Positions 27,201 through 39,564 of a DNA stretch of 48,653 nt are shown one piece after another (within the stretch, counting starts at the first letter, position 1; every line of letters begins with the position of its first letter). The notes under the pieces were generated by a model, which saw nothing but the letters and a program-made list of their open reading frames with translations, ran no database searches and was not told the DNA's origin. The DNA comes from Rotaria socialis (lineage: Eukaryota), in the NCBI GenBank assembly GCA_905331295.1, contig CAJNYD010000322.1:310001-358653 (forward strand), given 5' to 3'. The position numbers were made by a program, and so were the translations under genes.

Positions 27201-28650
27201 AAAAGTATTTGAAAATATTTCGATTTCTACTTAAGGATAAGAGTTGAACCTTCGAATGCATTTATCCGTTTATTTAGTCTCTCTTTAATAGTATTGTTTT
27301 TTTTCCATTGTTTCAGAACGACATCACCAACGGACGCAATCCATTTGAATGGTGAATCGTCGACCAAGTACTGCTAGTCTTGTTTTTGAATAATAAAAAC
27401 CTATTTATAGTTGTAGACGTCGTCCGGACAAAGCTTTATATAAACCGCCAACTCGAACTAAAAGTTCTGAAGTTTTCGCTTCTATTTNGGAGATCTTCAA
27501 CAAAACAATAGTAGAAGCAAAGGAGCAAAAAGTAAAACAGCTCGTCCATCAGCTGAGCCTTATGTACCGCCATCCAGACGCAGCCAACCGGTGACCACAG
27601 AAACACTTTCATCTACACCTAGATCATCTGTTATTCAAAGCAAAAAACAAGATGATGGAGCGGAAGAAAAAGAAGATGAAGAAGAAGAAGAAGAAGAAGA
27701 GGAGGCGGAGGAGGAGGAGGACTGGGAAAAGTTATTAGAAAACAGTCAAAATCCTCTATATAATGATCTTGTTGAAGAAGTAATATATGCAACAATCTTT
27801 TATTCTATTTCAAAGAAAAAAATTTGTTTTTTTTGTATTCCAAAGATTCAATCTAAATTCAAAGACAGTGTTCAGATAGAAAAACCGACTAATGACTATT
27901 CTCAATGATCAGTTGATGATATACAAATAAAAGAAGCAGAGCTAGCTCATGTAGTTGAAGTTTCAAATTTCCCGTCAACTTTCCGTACTGAAGATCTTTC
28001 AAATTCATTCAAAATACTTACGTATAATTTGTTATATACTACATTTCGAAAATATTTCTGATTTTATTTATAATTGAATACTAGTCGAAATGAATTCGAT
28101 ATAAAATGGGTCGATGAAACGCATGCCCTTATCGTTTTCCCAGATGCTAACACGGGTAAAGATTAATGTTATTATTTTTTGTTTTCTAAACAAATATTAT
28201 TAATAATTTAGCATTGGATGCACTACAAATGGTACATCCTCTATTAAAAATATGTGCTATGTCTCAAGCCTCATCTGCGTCGAAGAAAAAAGCAAAGAAT
28301 TCACTTGGTATAAAAATATTAGTTTTCATCTGTTCAATTGATGCATTTTGGTTTTTCTAATACTATAGAATTTCTTCAACCTTATAAAACTCGACCACAA
28401 ACATCGTCGTTAACAGCTAATCGACGTATATGTGCTGCATTGGGTTTGAAAAATCCAATGAGTAATGATAAAACTAAAACTGAAAGACAAAAAATTGAAA
28501 CAGCTAGAAGTAAATAAATCGTAATTCTTGTTTTAACTTGAAAAGAAAGCATATTAATATTTTGTTTTTCTAGAACAAAAAATTCGTGACAAAGAAGAAC
28601 AAAAAACAGTTTGGGATGGTGGCGTTTTACCTGCACCTTCAACAACATAA
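24263..28650 (+). CDS. R3HCC1: R3H and coiled-coil domain protein (R3HCC1/R3HCC1L-like), multi-exon; carries an in-frame TGA at 27906-27908 (possible nonsense allele)
   Basis: MNGCYLTSDDEKFLDLITDELD...ILLFPSLSSRHRLLLHRL...FSFSVGEERTTRRTIIC is an R3H domain (exons 24263-24357, 24435-24596). After a 2.7-kb intron come RRPDKALYKPP, an acidic tract, the RRM-like HVVEVSNFPSTFRTEDL / FDIKWVDETHALIVF, and LQPYKTRPQTSSLTANRRICAALGL. Stop TAA at 28648-28650. Confidence 0.85.
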
Positions 28651-28841
28651 ATTCTTTTTATATTTATTTAATATTTTTTTTGTATCTAATCAAAAAATTT
28701 GGTCACAATATGTTCGATTATCTTGTCTTCTTTTTTTTTCTTGTCTTGCTTCCATTCAGACTTTTGCCTATGATGTTTACATATTCGTATTGGTGAGCAA
28801 ATAAAAAAGAATGGGATTACTTCGAATTTCTAGATTTTTCA

Positions 28842-29237
28842 ATGTCATTTCAACGATCAACTGAATCAATTATAAAACAATTATGTTCAGGAATATTATC
28901 GGGTGGTATTATTGGAAAATTGATAAGTAAAGGTCACTATGTTCTAGCATATGTAGCATTTACTTCAATTGGTTTAATTGATATTGCATATCATTTGAAT
29001 TATTTGAAAGCACATATAACACATTTAACATATGATCAATTAGCAAGTCGCAGAGACATCAGATCTAGATTTAACAACTTCCAACGAAGCGTACAAAGAG
29101 AGGTGCTTGATCCAAATGATGGTTTGAATCGCGAAGTGACCTGGCTATGGAATGATGTGAAAAGACACATTGATGGACATATCTATTTTGGAATGGGTTT
29201 TACCATGGCATGTTTAGCAAGTGCTGTTCTTTTCTAG
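28842..29237 (+). CDS. FUN14-domain-like mitochondrial outer-membrane protein (divergent), single exon, 131 aa
   Basis: The Gly-rich hydrophobic helix QLCSGILSGGIIGKLISK, a second helix ending IAYHLNYLK, a charged amphipathic middle and the C-terminal hydrophobic IYFGMGFTMACLAS follow the FUN14/FUNDC layout. The similarity was judged by eye only. Confidence 0.6.
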   Translation: MSFQRSTESIIKQLCSGILSGGIIGKLISKGHYVLAYVAFTSIGLIDIAYHLNYLKAHITHLTYDQLASRRDIRSRFNNFQRSVQREVLDPNDGLNREVTWLWNDVKRHIDGHIYFGMGFTMACLASAVLF

Positions 29238-29479
29238 AGCATTTGCCGGTGAAAAGTCATCTTATTTTGCGCTAAAGATCAATCGGTGCAATTTGCTATT
29301 AGAACTATTGACATATATTATTGTACTATGAAACGTTACTCCAGAAAAATAAAAGAATTTTCTCGACGCATATTATTTATTTTCGTCGAATATTCGATGC
29401 ACTTCAATTAATCAATAAATAGGTTTCAGTTCCACTGTGGATGATTTTCATTTTATTTCGAATATAATTGATTCCTATA

Positions 29480-29788
29480 CAGGCTTACCAACTAGGGATG
29501 GGAGGGGAGGGGAGGGGAGGGGGTAGCTAATCCCTCTCAAAAGTTGAAACGTTCCAGGCTGTCTGCGTGGTTCTCTAATAAATTCTACCAAATGCAGAAA
29601 CGCAGTGTTCAAGCACTGATTATGACCTTTCATGTAGAAAATCGCAAAGGAACATATTTTGTTAGCAAAATTTCTCAGGGAAATCATTAATTTAACGTTT
29701 GTTATTGAGTTTCTATCGAAAAATAAGACAAGGCACTTTCTGCCAAATATTTAATCTCTCCCTCTCTTCAATACAATCGACAACCCTG
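29480..29788. mobile_element. Non-autonomous hAT-like MITE (309 bp) with 8-bp target-site duplication
   Basis: Identical TTCCTATA at 29472-29479 and 29789-29796. Imperfect TIRs CAGGCTTACCAA / (revcomp) CAGGGTTGTCGA. An 8-bp TSD with CAGG termini is typical of hAT elements. Confidence 0.75.
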
Positions 29789-29942
29789 TTCCTATATTGA
29801 AGAATTTTTATGATCTAGGTATGTCAGAGTTATTTGCCTTTCTAAAAATTAAAAATTGAGCATGACTATACAAAGCATAAGTACTTCTTTTTGTAGACTA
29901 ACATTTGATTGATCTATGCTGTTTTCGTTTTTGTAGATAGAT

Positions 29943-32448
29943 ATGGAATGCAATCATTTAGAACATGGTGACCTACTAATGAGTGGAGCTTTATTGGATA
30001 GTTTCGTTGATTTACATCGATCACAACTTGAATTATCCGGTGTACCACGAGTATTTTATCCTATTCTATTTGACAAACTTCAAAAACAGGTTAGGAAATA
30101 ACCAGAACAATGTCTTCAATTCGTTAATGTTTTTTTTTTCTTTTAAAATAGATTTTTGATGCTGGTGAATATTTTGGTATAATCGAAGTAGAAAATGATG
30201 AAGGTGAAACTGTTCAACGTAAAGTTCGTGTTACTAGTGAATGCAATATTCTCAAAGACGATCCTTCGATGTCAGTTAAAATGAGATTTTGTTTTGCAAT
30301 GCCTATTTACTTATCATGTGATTTCGTTTTGATTACAGGATCTTTCTTATTGATCATGCTTATACTTATCGAATAAATACAATTCGAAATGAACTAGAGC
30401 AATTACCTGAATTAGTCGAACGACTTTCTCGACTAATGTTTATATCGTCCGATGCAGAAAACAAAATTAATGCTATTATTGAACATATGTGGAAGTTTAA
30501 TCATACATATACATTAGCTGTTGATGGAGGTGATGCTGAAGATCGCGAACCATATTGGTATATTCGAGATGAATTTGGTTCAGCTGTAGAGCATTGTGAT
30601 CAAGCGAATGTTCGAATGGCACCTTTTCTTTCAATGATCGATGGGCAAATGTATACATTATTATGGCTAATTAAAGATATTGAATGCAATGGTATGTAAT
30701 GTGTAAGAATATTTTCGAGTTCATAGTTAGAGAAATTATTGATTTGATTTGATTTTTATATAAAATAAAATAATGTATAAATCAAATTTCCATAAAAAAT
30801 GTTTAGAATCGGTTTCTGTCGATTATGTTTGTGGAACACAGGATGAACTAATCCGACGCGCTAAACTTGTTCCTTGGACTGCCGCTGATCTATCTGATGA
30901 TATTGATTATCAACAAACAGAGCCAAATGAACAGTATTTTAATGTATATTTGAATTTAGTTTTTATTCGTTCAATCATATTATTATTTAATACTTTTAAT
31001 ACTATATAGACAGGACGAGAAAGTGAAAAGCTTCCGTCATCAGAAACTTATTCTATGGTTGATTTAACTAAACTCAATAGAACAATTAATGTTTTAACTG
31101 ATGTTGAACTGGTTCGTGATAATCTAGCAGATAAACGTTTTCAATTAGTTGAAGATTTATCTCATGCCGACATTATTTTTACAAGAAAACACTTTAAAGA
31201 TTTCAAGTAAGTGATAAAACAATATTTTATTTTGTTAATCAGTTCTTTTCTTAGGAATCTATGTGAAAATACTCAACAATTCATTAATCAATATCCATTT
31301 GAAAATATAATTAATATAAAAGATCTTTTAGCTATTATTTGTCGTCGAACATCGTCGTCAATTGATAAAGAAACACTGCAATCATATCCATTATGGTTAC
31401 CAACAACATTCAATTTAACGTATGAATTACCAAAATTGATTTCCTATTTTCAACATCGAGAAAAAAAGTAAGATTTTTTCTTGTTTAAAATAAGTTTTGA
31501 AAGAAATCTTCTTTGAAATTGAATCATAGAAATTTAGATAATCATTGGATTGTAAAACCGTTTAATTTAGCACGATCGATTGATACACATGTAACAAAAA
31601 ATCTTAATTCAATTATTCGATTAGCAGAATCAGGCCCAAAAGTAAAATATTATAGTATTTATCTTTACTCGAAATGTTTCATTTTTATTTGTTTTTATCT
31701 TCTAAAATTAGATTGTTTGCAAATATATTGATAAACCTTTATTATTTCATCGAGAAGAGAGCGGTTTAGTTAAATTTGATATTCGCTATATTGTTTTATT
31801 ACGTTCATTAGAACCGTTGAAAGTTTATGTTTATGAAAAATTTTGGCTGCGTTTTGCAAACAAGTAAATAATTAGTGAGATGTTCTTTTCAGTCTTGATT
31901 GGATTTATTATAGACCTTATTCATTAGACAATAATTATGATGATTATCAAGTGCATTTCAGTAAGTCAATAAAAACAATTTTTTCATTGATAAATTTGTT
32001 CGTTTCTATAGCTGTAATGAATTATCGGTATGCGCAAAATTTGAAAAAGATTACATGTGAAGAATTTGTGCCTTTATTCGATGAACAACAACAAAATCTT
32101 AAGTGGGCTGATGTTCAAGTACAAAAATAAGAACAATAAGATGAAATTAGTCTAATTGTTTTGTTTAATATATTCTAGGAGAATATATTTTCAATGATTC
32201 ATCAAGTTTTTGAACGTGCAACAATGAGAAAACCACCATGTGGTATGCTACCATGTCATCGATCACGTGCAGTCTATGCTGTGGATTTAATGCTTGATCA
32301 AACTGGTCAACCATATTTACTAGAAATGAATTTTATGCCTGATATTGAACGGGCTTGTTCATATTATCCAACATTTATGGATGATATATTTCGTACGCTT
32401 TTTCTTGATGAATCAAATAGTAATGTGATCGACATTTCATCGAAATAA
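29943..32448 (+). CDS. TTLL12: Tubulin-tyrosine ligase-like protein 12 (SET-like + TTL domains), multi-exon
   Basis: Motifs [88 protein letters not shown] and [25 protein letters not shown]. Stop TAA at 32446-32448. An in-frame upstream mini-exon 29862-29880 (MTIQSI) with a 60-bp intron may extend the start. Confidence 0.93.
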
Positions 32449-33166
32449 AAGAAGATAAAATCATCAAGTCAAACGCGATAATAAAAAGAATTTGTTTTTT
32501 TCTATACGTTTTTATGAAACAAAGATAACAAATAATCTGAAAGTCGTTTTTTAATAATCATCGTAGGATAGCAAGTATTATTGTTGAGATAGCAAACAAT
32601 TGAATTATCCAAGACGAAAACTGCGCTCCCATTTTTCAAATGTAAGACATTTTATAGATGAAATAATCACATAATAAGTATAACTGAGAAGAATTTGTCA
32701 CAATATCGAACACTTCTTATGTTTCAATTGTTACTTCGTACATTTAAGTAGCTTCTGTATTGGAATTGGTAAGAATAAATTGTTTAATACGGCTGTAACC
32801 AAGGAGAAAATATTTGTCTCGATGAAGTTTTTACGACAGTTTTTCATTGAAAACGAATAAATCTTTTAGAAATTTAATAAACAAAGATACATTATACGAT
32901 GAAAATATAAAACTTTTCAAAAACTACATGCTAGATATGCTATCTAATGAAAAGATTTCGTACCTTGAAAGTTTTCTATTTTCAGAGAGTCTTGATAAAA
33001 AGAGATTCAGTAATTTTCTTTTAATTACAAGTTAGTTTAATAGAGACTGCTGTATCGATCAACTTTCAAGTGAGAACTCACATAAGTGTTCATGCTAAAC
33101 ATGCCCATTCTTACAATCAAAACTCACTAAGTATTAGATGATCAGAAACATGCCATAAACAAACTA

Positions 33167-33188
33167 TCTCTCTCTCTCTCTCTCTCTC
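33167..33188. repeat. (TC)11 microsatellite
   Basis: Read directly from the sequence. Confidence 0.9.
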
Positions 33189-34247
33189 TTTTATCTCAGA
33201 TAAAGTTCACCAACGTCTAGAAAATCTGTAAAGTCTCGATCTGTAAAGCGACCCAATATCTAGAAATGTTCTTTTTTTTTAAACTCCAATCACTTAATCT
33301 TGTTCATTATTCTTATTCTTAAATATTAGATAGAAATCACGATTACATTTATCATTTGATTCTTTTACTCAATGGCTACCTCTATTCATTACATTCAACT
33401 TATTAAGCCAATGAAAATTTTGTTATATTCATTTTTTTATCACTCTCTACAGATAAATTATAGATAGAATATTGAGCTTTTCAGTTTTTAATTCTTATAA
33501 ATTATTTGAGAAATTTCAAAATTAATCTTTCTTAATAAGAGAAGAAGCATTCAGCACTAATTATTTCTTAATTAAGAAGACAACACTTATTAATAACATA
33601 CGCTAAAGAAAATTACAATAAGATTGTGTCAGGGGAAATAAAGTTGATTGCTATCAAGCCAATTCTTTGCAATGGGAAATAATCAAGAATAGAACTTTTT
33701 TCCTCTCTTGGATTTTGTAACATATTTTCTATTGCATAAATCTCGTAGCTAAACTAATTAGAAACATTGGCAATCAAAAGGAGTTAAATTTCACCTAGTC
33801 TCTTTAGAGAAACTAATAGAATCGTCGTCTTAACAATTCTCACACTATATTCACCCGTATTAACAGATTGCATGTTGTAGTAGAATGATACTTTTGTTAT
33901 TTGAACATGAGAAGAAAAACTAGGAAAGATTAATTTTTTCTTTTTTTATGCAAATAATCTAATTCAAATACTTTTAATTTATTTATAATTAAAACGAAAT
34001 AGATAAAAATCAATGAAACAGACTTTTGAATAGTTTCAAGATAAATTGAGAAATAGATTCTGAATCTCGTCATATCTATTTCTTAGGTAGTATTATACTT
34101 TTTTCCATAAAAAATGTTTTTTTTAAGTCAGATTTGTTCTTTTATGAAGCTGGAGTCAATGAATTGAGATGCTAAGCCATGAAAATACAAACTTGTTTAA
34201 ATAAATAACTTATATCAACGAATCAGATATTTAGTTATTTTGTTGTT

Positions 34248-34800
34248 ATCCAAATATAAGTCGTCCATCAGTAAGTAATATATTTCGATTGTATACTTCA
34301 AATTCTAAGGCATAAGCGCCAAATCCTGTCTGCACATTAACTTCGAGTATGATCAAGACAAATTTGTCTCATCGTATGAATAAAATTGATTCAAAGTGCG
34401 ATTTAGATGAGGTATCAATATGAACAGTTGCTTGTAAATTTCGTTTCATATTAGTCTACCCAATGGCCAATTGTTTTCTTCACAAGCAATATCTTGCCGT
34501 TCAACAACCATTGGTACTTTCAAGAGATTGAAACTTTCAATCGTCTTAATCATGATATGAGAATGATCTTGATTGAGTAATTTTGAAATCTCTATTGCGC
34601 ATATTCTTTGAACAAGATATGCTTTTTGGAAAAAAAAATAGATTTTTTATTAATTTTCTTTGTACTCGTATTACATACGTCTATATCTTTTAATATTGTT
34701 CAATAATGTTTTCATAGCAACAATCAATAATAGTATCCTCACAAGTTGATCGAGTGAAATAACATGCAAAAGATATTTAGGGTTCAATATCTTGTAGTGT
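34248..34800 (-). pseudogene. Possible degraded coding remnant of unknown family
   Basis: Minus-strand frames read like protein (YLVQRICAIEISKLLNQDHSHIMIKTIESFNLLKVPMVVERQDIACEENNWPLGRL; VNVQTGFGAYALEFEVYNRNILLTDGRLIFG) but are broken by stops and frameshifts. There is an intron-like GTATGT...AAAG segment at ~34678-34622. Confidence 0.3.
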
Positions 34801-37800
34801 TGGAGCGCGTAGAATTGAGTTTCATCATCAAATCATCTTAATCTTTTTTTTTACATTCTGTAGCGCTGTTCAATGCAAATCACCGCAAATCTCAAATGAC
34901 AAGTATTTTCTAAATATGAAATGAGAGTTGCACTCAGAACTCATCTGATAGATGAAAAAGAAATTGGTGAGATTCTTTGTCTGATTAGTTTGATTTCCGA
35001 TAAGGAGAATATAAAATGTTGGGTTTTAATTATTATGTGTCGGATGAACAATCTTGATCGCTTTTGATTTTCTCTAAAATTATTCATCTTTCCAGTGTAG
35101 ATGACATTACACATATATCAATGTAGCCGATTTCCAGCATTTATTCCGAATATACAATTAAAGCTTGAACGCAACGATCAAATCATTGAGAAAATAGGAA
35201 ACATTGTCAGATCAGCTTTCTTCCAATATATGAACTTTGTAATCAAATTTATCATCGAAAACTCATATAAAGTTAGTTATCTTCTTAATTTCACATAAGC
35301 ATAACAATAGTACTCTGATGAAATATCGATAAGATCAGAACTGATACAGATTATTGTAACTCATTATTTTTTTTTTGATATTAGCAGGAACCATTTAAGC
35401 TGTTTAGTAAAATTGAGTAGAGTCCATATAATTTCAGTACTTATATCTTCTTAAAGGTTTAGCTTGGCCGAGTGATTTTTTCTTTTTTTAATGAGTAAAC
35501 TACATAATGTGTAGTTTAATCTCTATGTATCTTTCTTTGATACACTTCAACTTCAAATGAAATTAAGATGTCTGTATCGTATTCGTGATAATCGAAATTA
35601 CTTGTAATAAGATACTCAGAACTGTTTCTGCATTTCGATAAAATAACAATCAATTCGTTTTCTGTTCAGATTTCCATCTTAAATTTATCTGTTTAAGAAG
35701 CTTCATTTTATATAGAAAAATCTTACTATATGAATTCTTATCATTTCTCTAAATGTCGAGTGATATTTTAGAGAAAACTTTCCTTTTATTTTGAAAAATA
35801 AAATGGCTAGACAACTGCTCTCTGATGAGTAATACGAATAGGTCCACCTTCACAACGTATACTGATCTGTCTATGAGCGTAATTGTTCGGTATCTTCATG
35901 AGATTCTTTTTTAATTCATAATTGTTACTAAAAGATTAATTTTAGTCTTCATTCTGTGATCAATTGAAAAAATTGATTTCCTGAATAAGAATGAAAGCAA
36001 TTTTTAAAATCTCATAAAAGATGGGGACGAAACAGAATTCATTTAATCTTCTTTTTATTTTCAAAGTGTAATCTAAATCTGAAATCATTCATTAGCGATC
36101 TAATTGTAATTAGAAAGTTTTGGCTCTGCAAATGCTTGGGTTCAAACAGGACCCGAATGGTTGTCGAATCAGAATCTGGATTGAATTCGATTTCATAAAA
36201 ACATGGTTGGATTTTCACCTGCAATTATGATTGTGGATACGATCGATCTTCACTAAATACTTGATGACTGGTGAGTTATTGATATTGGCTAATCATGTGA
36301 GAATTCATTGTACAGAAAGGCGTAATCATTTCAATCTATTGCATCGAATAAAATATATTCCATTATCTGTATTTTAAGTCTGAAACGAACGTAGGCGTTC
36401 GACTTTGTCCTTCAATTATTGAATGCAATTATGAAGGAAACATGCTTCGCATTTGATTCATTCCATAATCGATGTAGCTTGTTAAACGATACAGATTGAA
36501 GTATTTGGTGTGGAGTAAAAGGGATGGGTCTCATAAGAATGATTTTAGTACACTGTTTCATATTCATTGTCATAACAAAAACAATTAGTCGAGTTTTGAA
36601 CATCTCAAACTTTTCCCATGACATATTGTTCTACTAACAAGTTTATCTTTCAATCAGCTCAGAGATAAGTAAGTAAAAATTTGAGTTTCATTAAGAAGTC
36701 ATTGCCATACTGGGAAGTTATCTAGATGACTCAGAAAATAATATCTCCTTTTCATGTAGGAGGTAGCACTTTGCGTAGAAAATATCGATTAAAAGTCAAC
36801 AAAAAAGTATATATGAATACAAATTCTCACAAGTATTTAAATAAGATGAATGTTATGTGGTCGAACTCTTGTAGAACAGCAATTAAGTCATTCTCTATTA
36901 TTTGAGAAGTTCAATCCATTAAGAAATGAATCCAATATGAATGGAGTCAGACAGATCTTGTTCATGATTACGATTGAGTGAAAGTGTGTCGATTAAGGTA
37001 TCAAAGTATTTGAGAATTCATGGTTTGAACTGCACATAAGATTAATCCACATTATATTTTGAAAATAAAAAGAAGCTAAAATGCATTATTGTGCACACAC
37101 CGTTTTCTAATTGATATCTAAAGTGATAAGCGAATATCATCGAATCCAAATTTTTATGCAAATTTATTTATCTGAATGTTTACACGTCGATTTATAATGG
37201 TGAGTATACACCATATTATTTATTTGCCTTTTATATAATTGAACATTGTCATCGCAACTTTTCCATAAAATATTCAAATCTTCGGTGAACTGATATTAAT
37301 CAAATATGACAAGTCTAATAAGTAGATGATACCATATTTTGAAATATTGTTTTTCAAAAGCTTCATCAATATTGGTGCTTCATTTTTGTCAGTAAAAAGT
37401 CAAGGATACGAAAAGCATTTGTCGTTAAGTTGACTTGCATATATTCCAAAATAGTCATTATCCTTTAATAAAAGTAATAGTTTCCAGATATTTGCAATTC
37501 TTTTCATTCAAAAGATTTTCTAGTTGTGTTTGTGTTACACATTAATGTGTTTCTTTAATGTATTCAACAACAACAAAAAAAAGATTTAATTAATCAATAA
37601 TTTCATTAAACTTAATTAAAATCGAAGTTAATTGTTGACTATTAAATATGATGTAGATAATGACAATTGAAAGTAGCCTGTATTTCTGTGCTTTTTTTTC
37701 TGAGAAACGAGGCACATGCCATTTTTAGCATATCATTCAAAGTTCAAGCCAAACTTGATGCACAGCTGTTATTGTAGTTATAAATAGTTTTAGAATGAAA

Positions 37801-39564
37801 AAAGAGAAAAAGAAAAATGAACACTTTTTCTTTTAATAGAAAAATTGTAAGAGATTTCAGGTATTTTAGTGATTATAGTTATGTAAATGCGAAGAATTTT
37901 GCAGAAATATAGTATTAAACGCGTCGTTGAAACGAGCTTCAATTTAGTATGCGGTTTGTTTTTACACTAATAGTTAATATAAATAAATATGACGAACTAG
38001 ATATATGTTTTGATAAAATTTTCGATCATAAAGTATAGTATTAGAAAAATATTGACAACAGAATAACACGGATTTGTTTTCATTTATAAATAACTAATTA
38101 TAGCAGATGTTTGTTTCTTCGCCATTAATTAAGATATAACTGGCACTGTTAATGATGCAGAAAAGTGAGCTCCTAGCTTAATCATTACGGCTTGAAGCAA
38201 CAACATATTCGGTACAAGTCAATTTTGTGCTTTTTATTCAGTTCTTACACTTTACTGTGAAGTATGTCCATCATTTGATATATTCCTATTATTTTTGCTC
38301 GATAAGGTCAAGAATGACTTTTATTTATATTTCGTTTGTTTTGTATCTTGTTATTTTCAGATGGTTAGATCTGATAAGAAATAAATTGTATAGAAAATCG
38401 GAAGATTTTATACAAAAAAAACACAAACTACGGTAATTGGAATATTATATCTGTATTGAACCGATGAAGCCTATGCTTAGAGCCAATTTCTCTTAATTAT
38501 GAATACAATATCAGTTATATCTTAATTATCACTGGAGAAAAAGCATGCTGTGTATATATATTTATAGATATTTGGAAGCAAAAATAAACAGTATTATTTA
38601 GAGATCCATAGTGCATCTAACAGTAAACTTTCAGATTATAAATTATAACAAATTATTTATCTATCTAGTATTTAACTTCAATCATTAAGCAGTAATATTT
38701 ATTTAACATGAATGATGATTTCAAAACAGTAGCCTGTGACCGAATATATCCCATTCGATTCTTGATCTAATGATATACTTTTGGGTAGTACCACTATTTT
38801 CCCGTAAGGATATAATTACTACAATACTTAATGTTTCTTAAATTTTTGCCAATCAAAGAAAAGTTAAAAGGCTTTCTTCTTCATCTTAAAACCAGTTAGA
38901 TGTAAAATAGATGCTATTTGTAAGCTACAAATAGAAATTTATATATTATGTTAAATAGCTCTGTTATGTTCGTTGTTTCTTGTCAAAGTCAACATAGCAG
39001 TAAAGTTTCTCCAGTCATCAATGCTTACATTTTCCTTGATATGTTCACTTTTAAAAAGTTGTCCAGTCACTATTGTACAGAGTTAATAACCTAGTCAAGA
39101 TTAGATTATAATTATATTTTGTCATTTGTTCTTGAAATCATTAATTTTTAGAAATAGAATCGAATCTCTTCCATTATTCTAATGTGGTATAATCTAGTTA
39201 CTTAATGGCATGCTTTAAACTTTTATCTATGTATTTGTGCACAGACGAATTCAATTAGATTCCGTCAAATTATTTTTCTTTTATTAACAACTATTCGATC
39301 ACCGGGCGTGTCACCGATCTATGGGCTCTAATGGAATTAGAGAAAAGAGTTCATAGATATATTTAATTCTGATCTATTTGAATATAATCATCACTAGTCC
39401 TTATTTCAATCTACACACAAAATAGAAATCAGTCTCTTTCTTCCTTTCTGCTAATAAAATTTAATAAAAAAAAAATGAAATTCATTCTACTATGTTTCAC
39501 CACTTTTGCATTATATATTTTTTCATAATCATATTTCACCAGTTGCCGTTGATCATATGCTTAA

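Noticed and set aside
36387..36401. Small hairpin CGAACG-tagg-CGTTCG (and TACAGG...CCTGTA near 19778-19799)
   Set aside because: 6-bp stems are expected by chance in 48 kb, and there are no supporting element boundaries.
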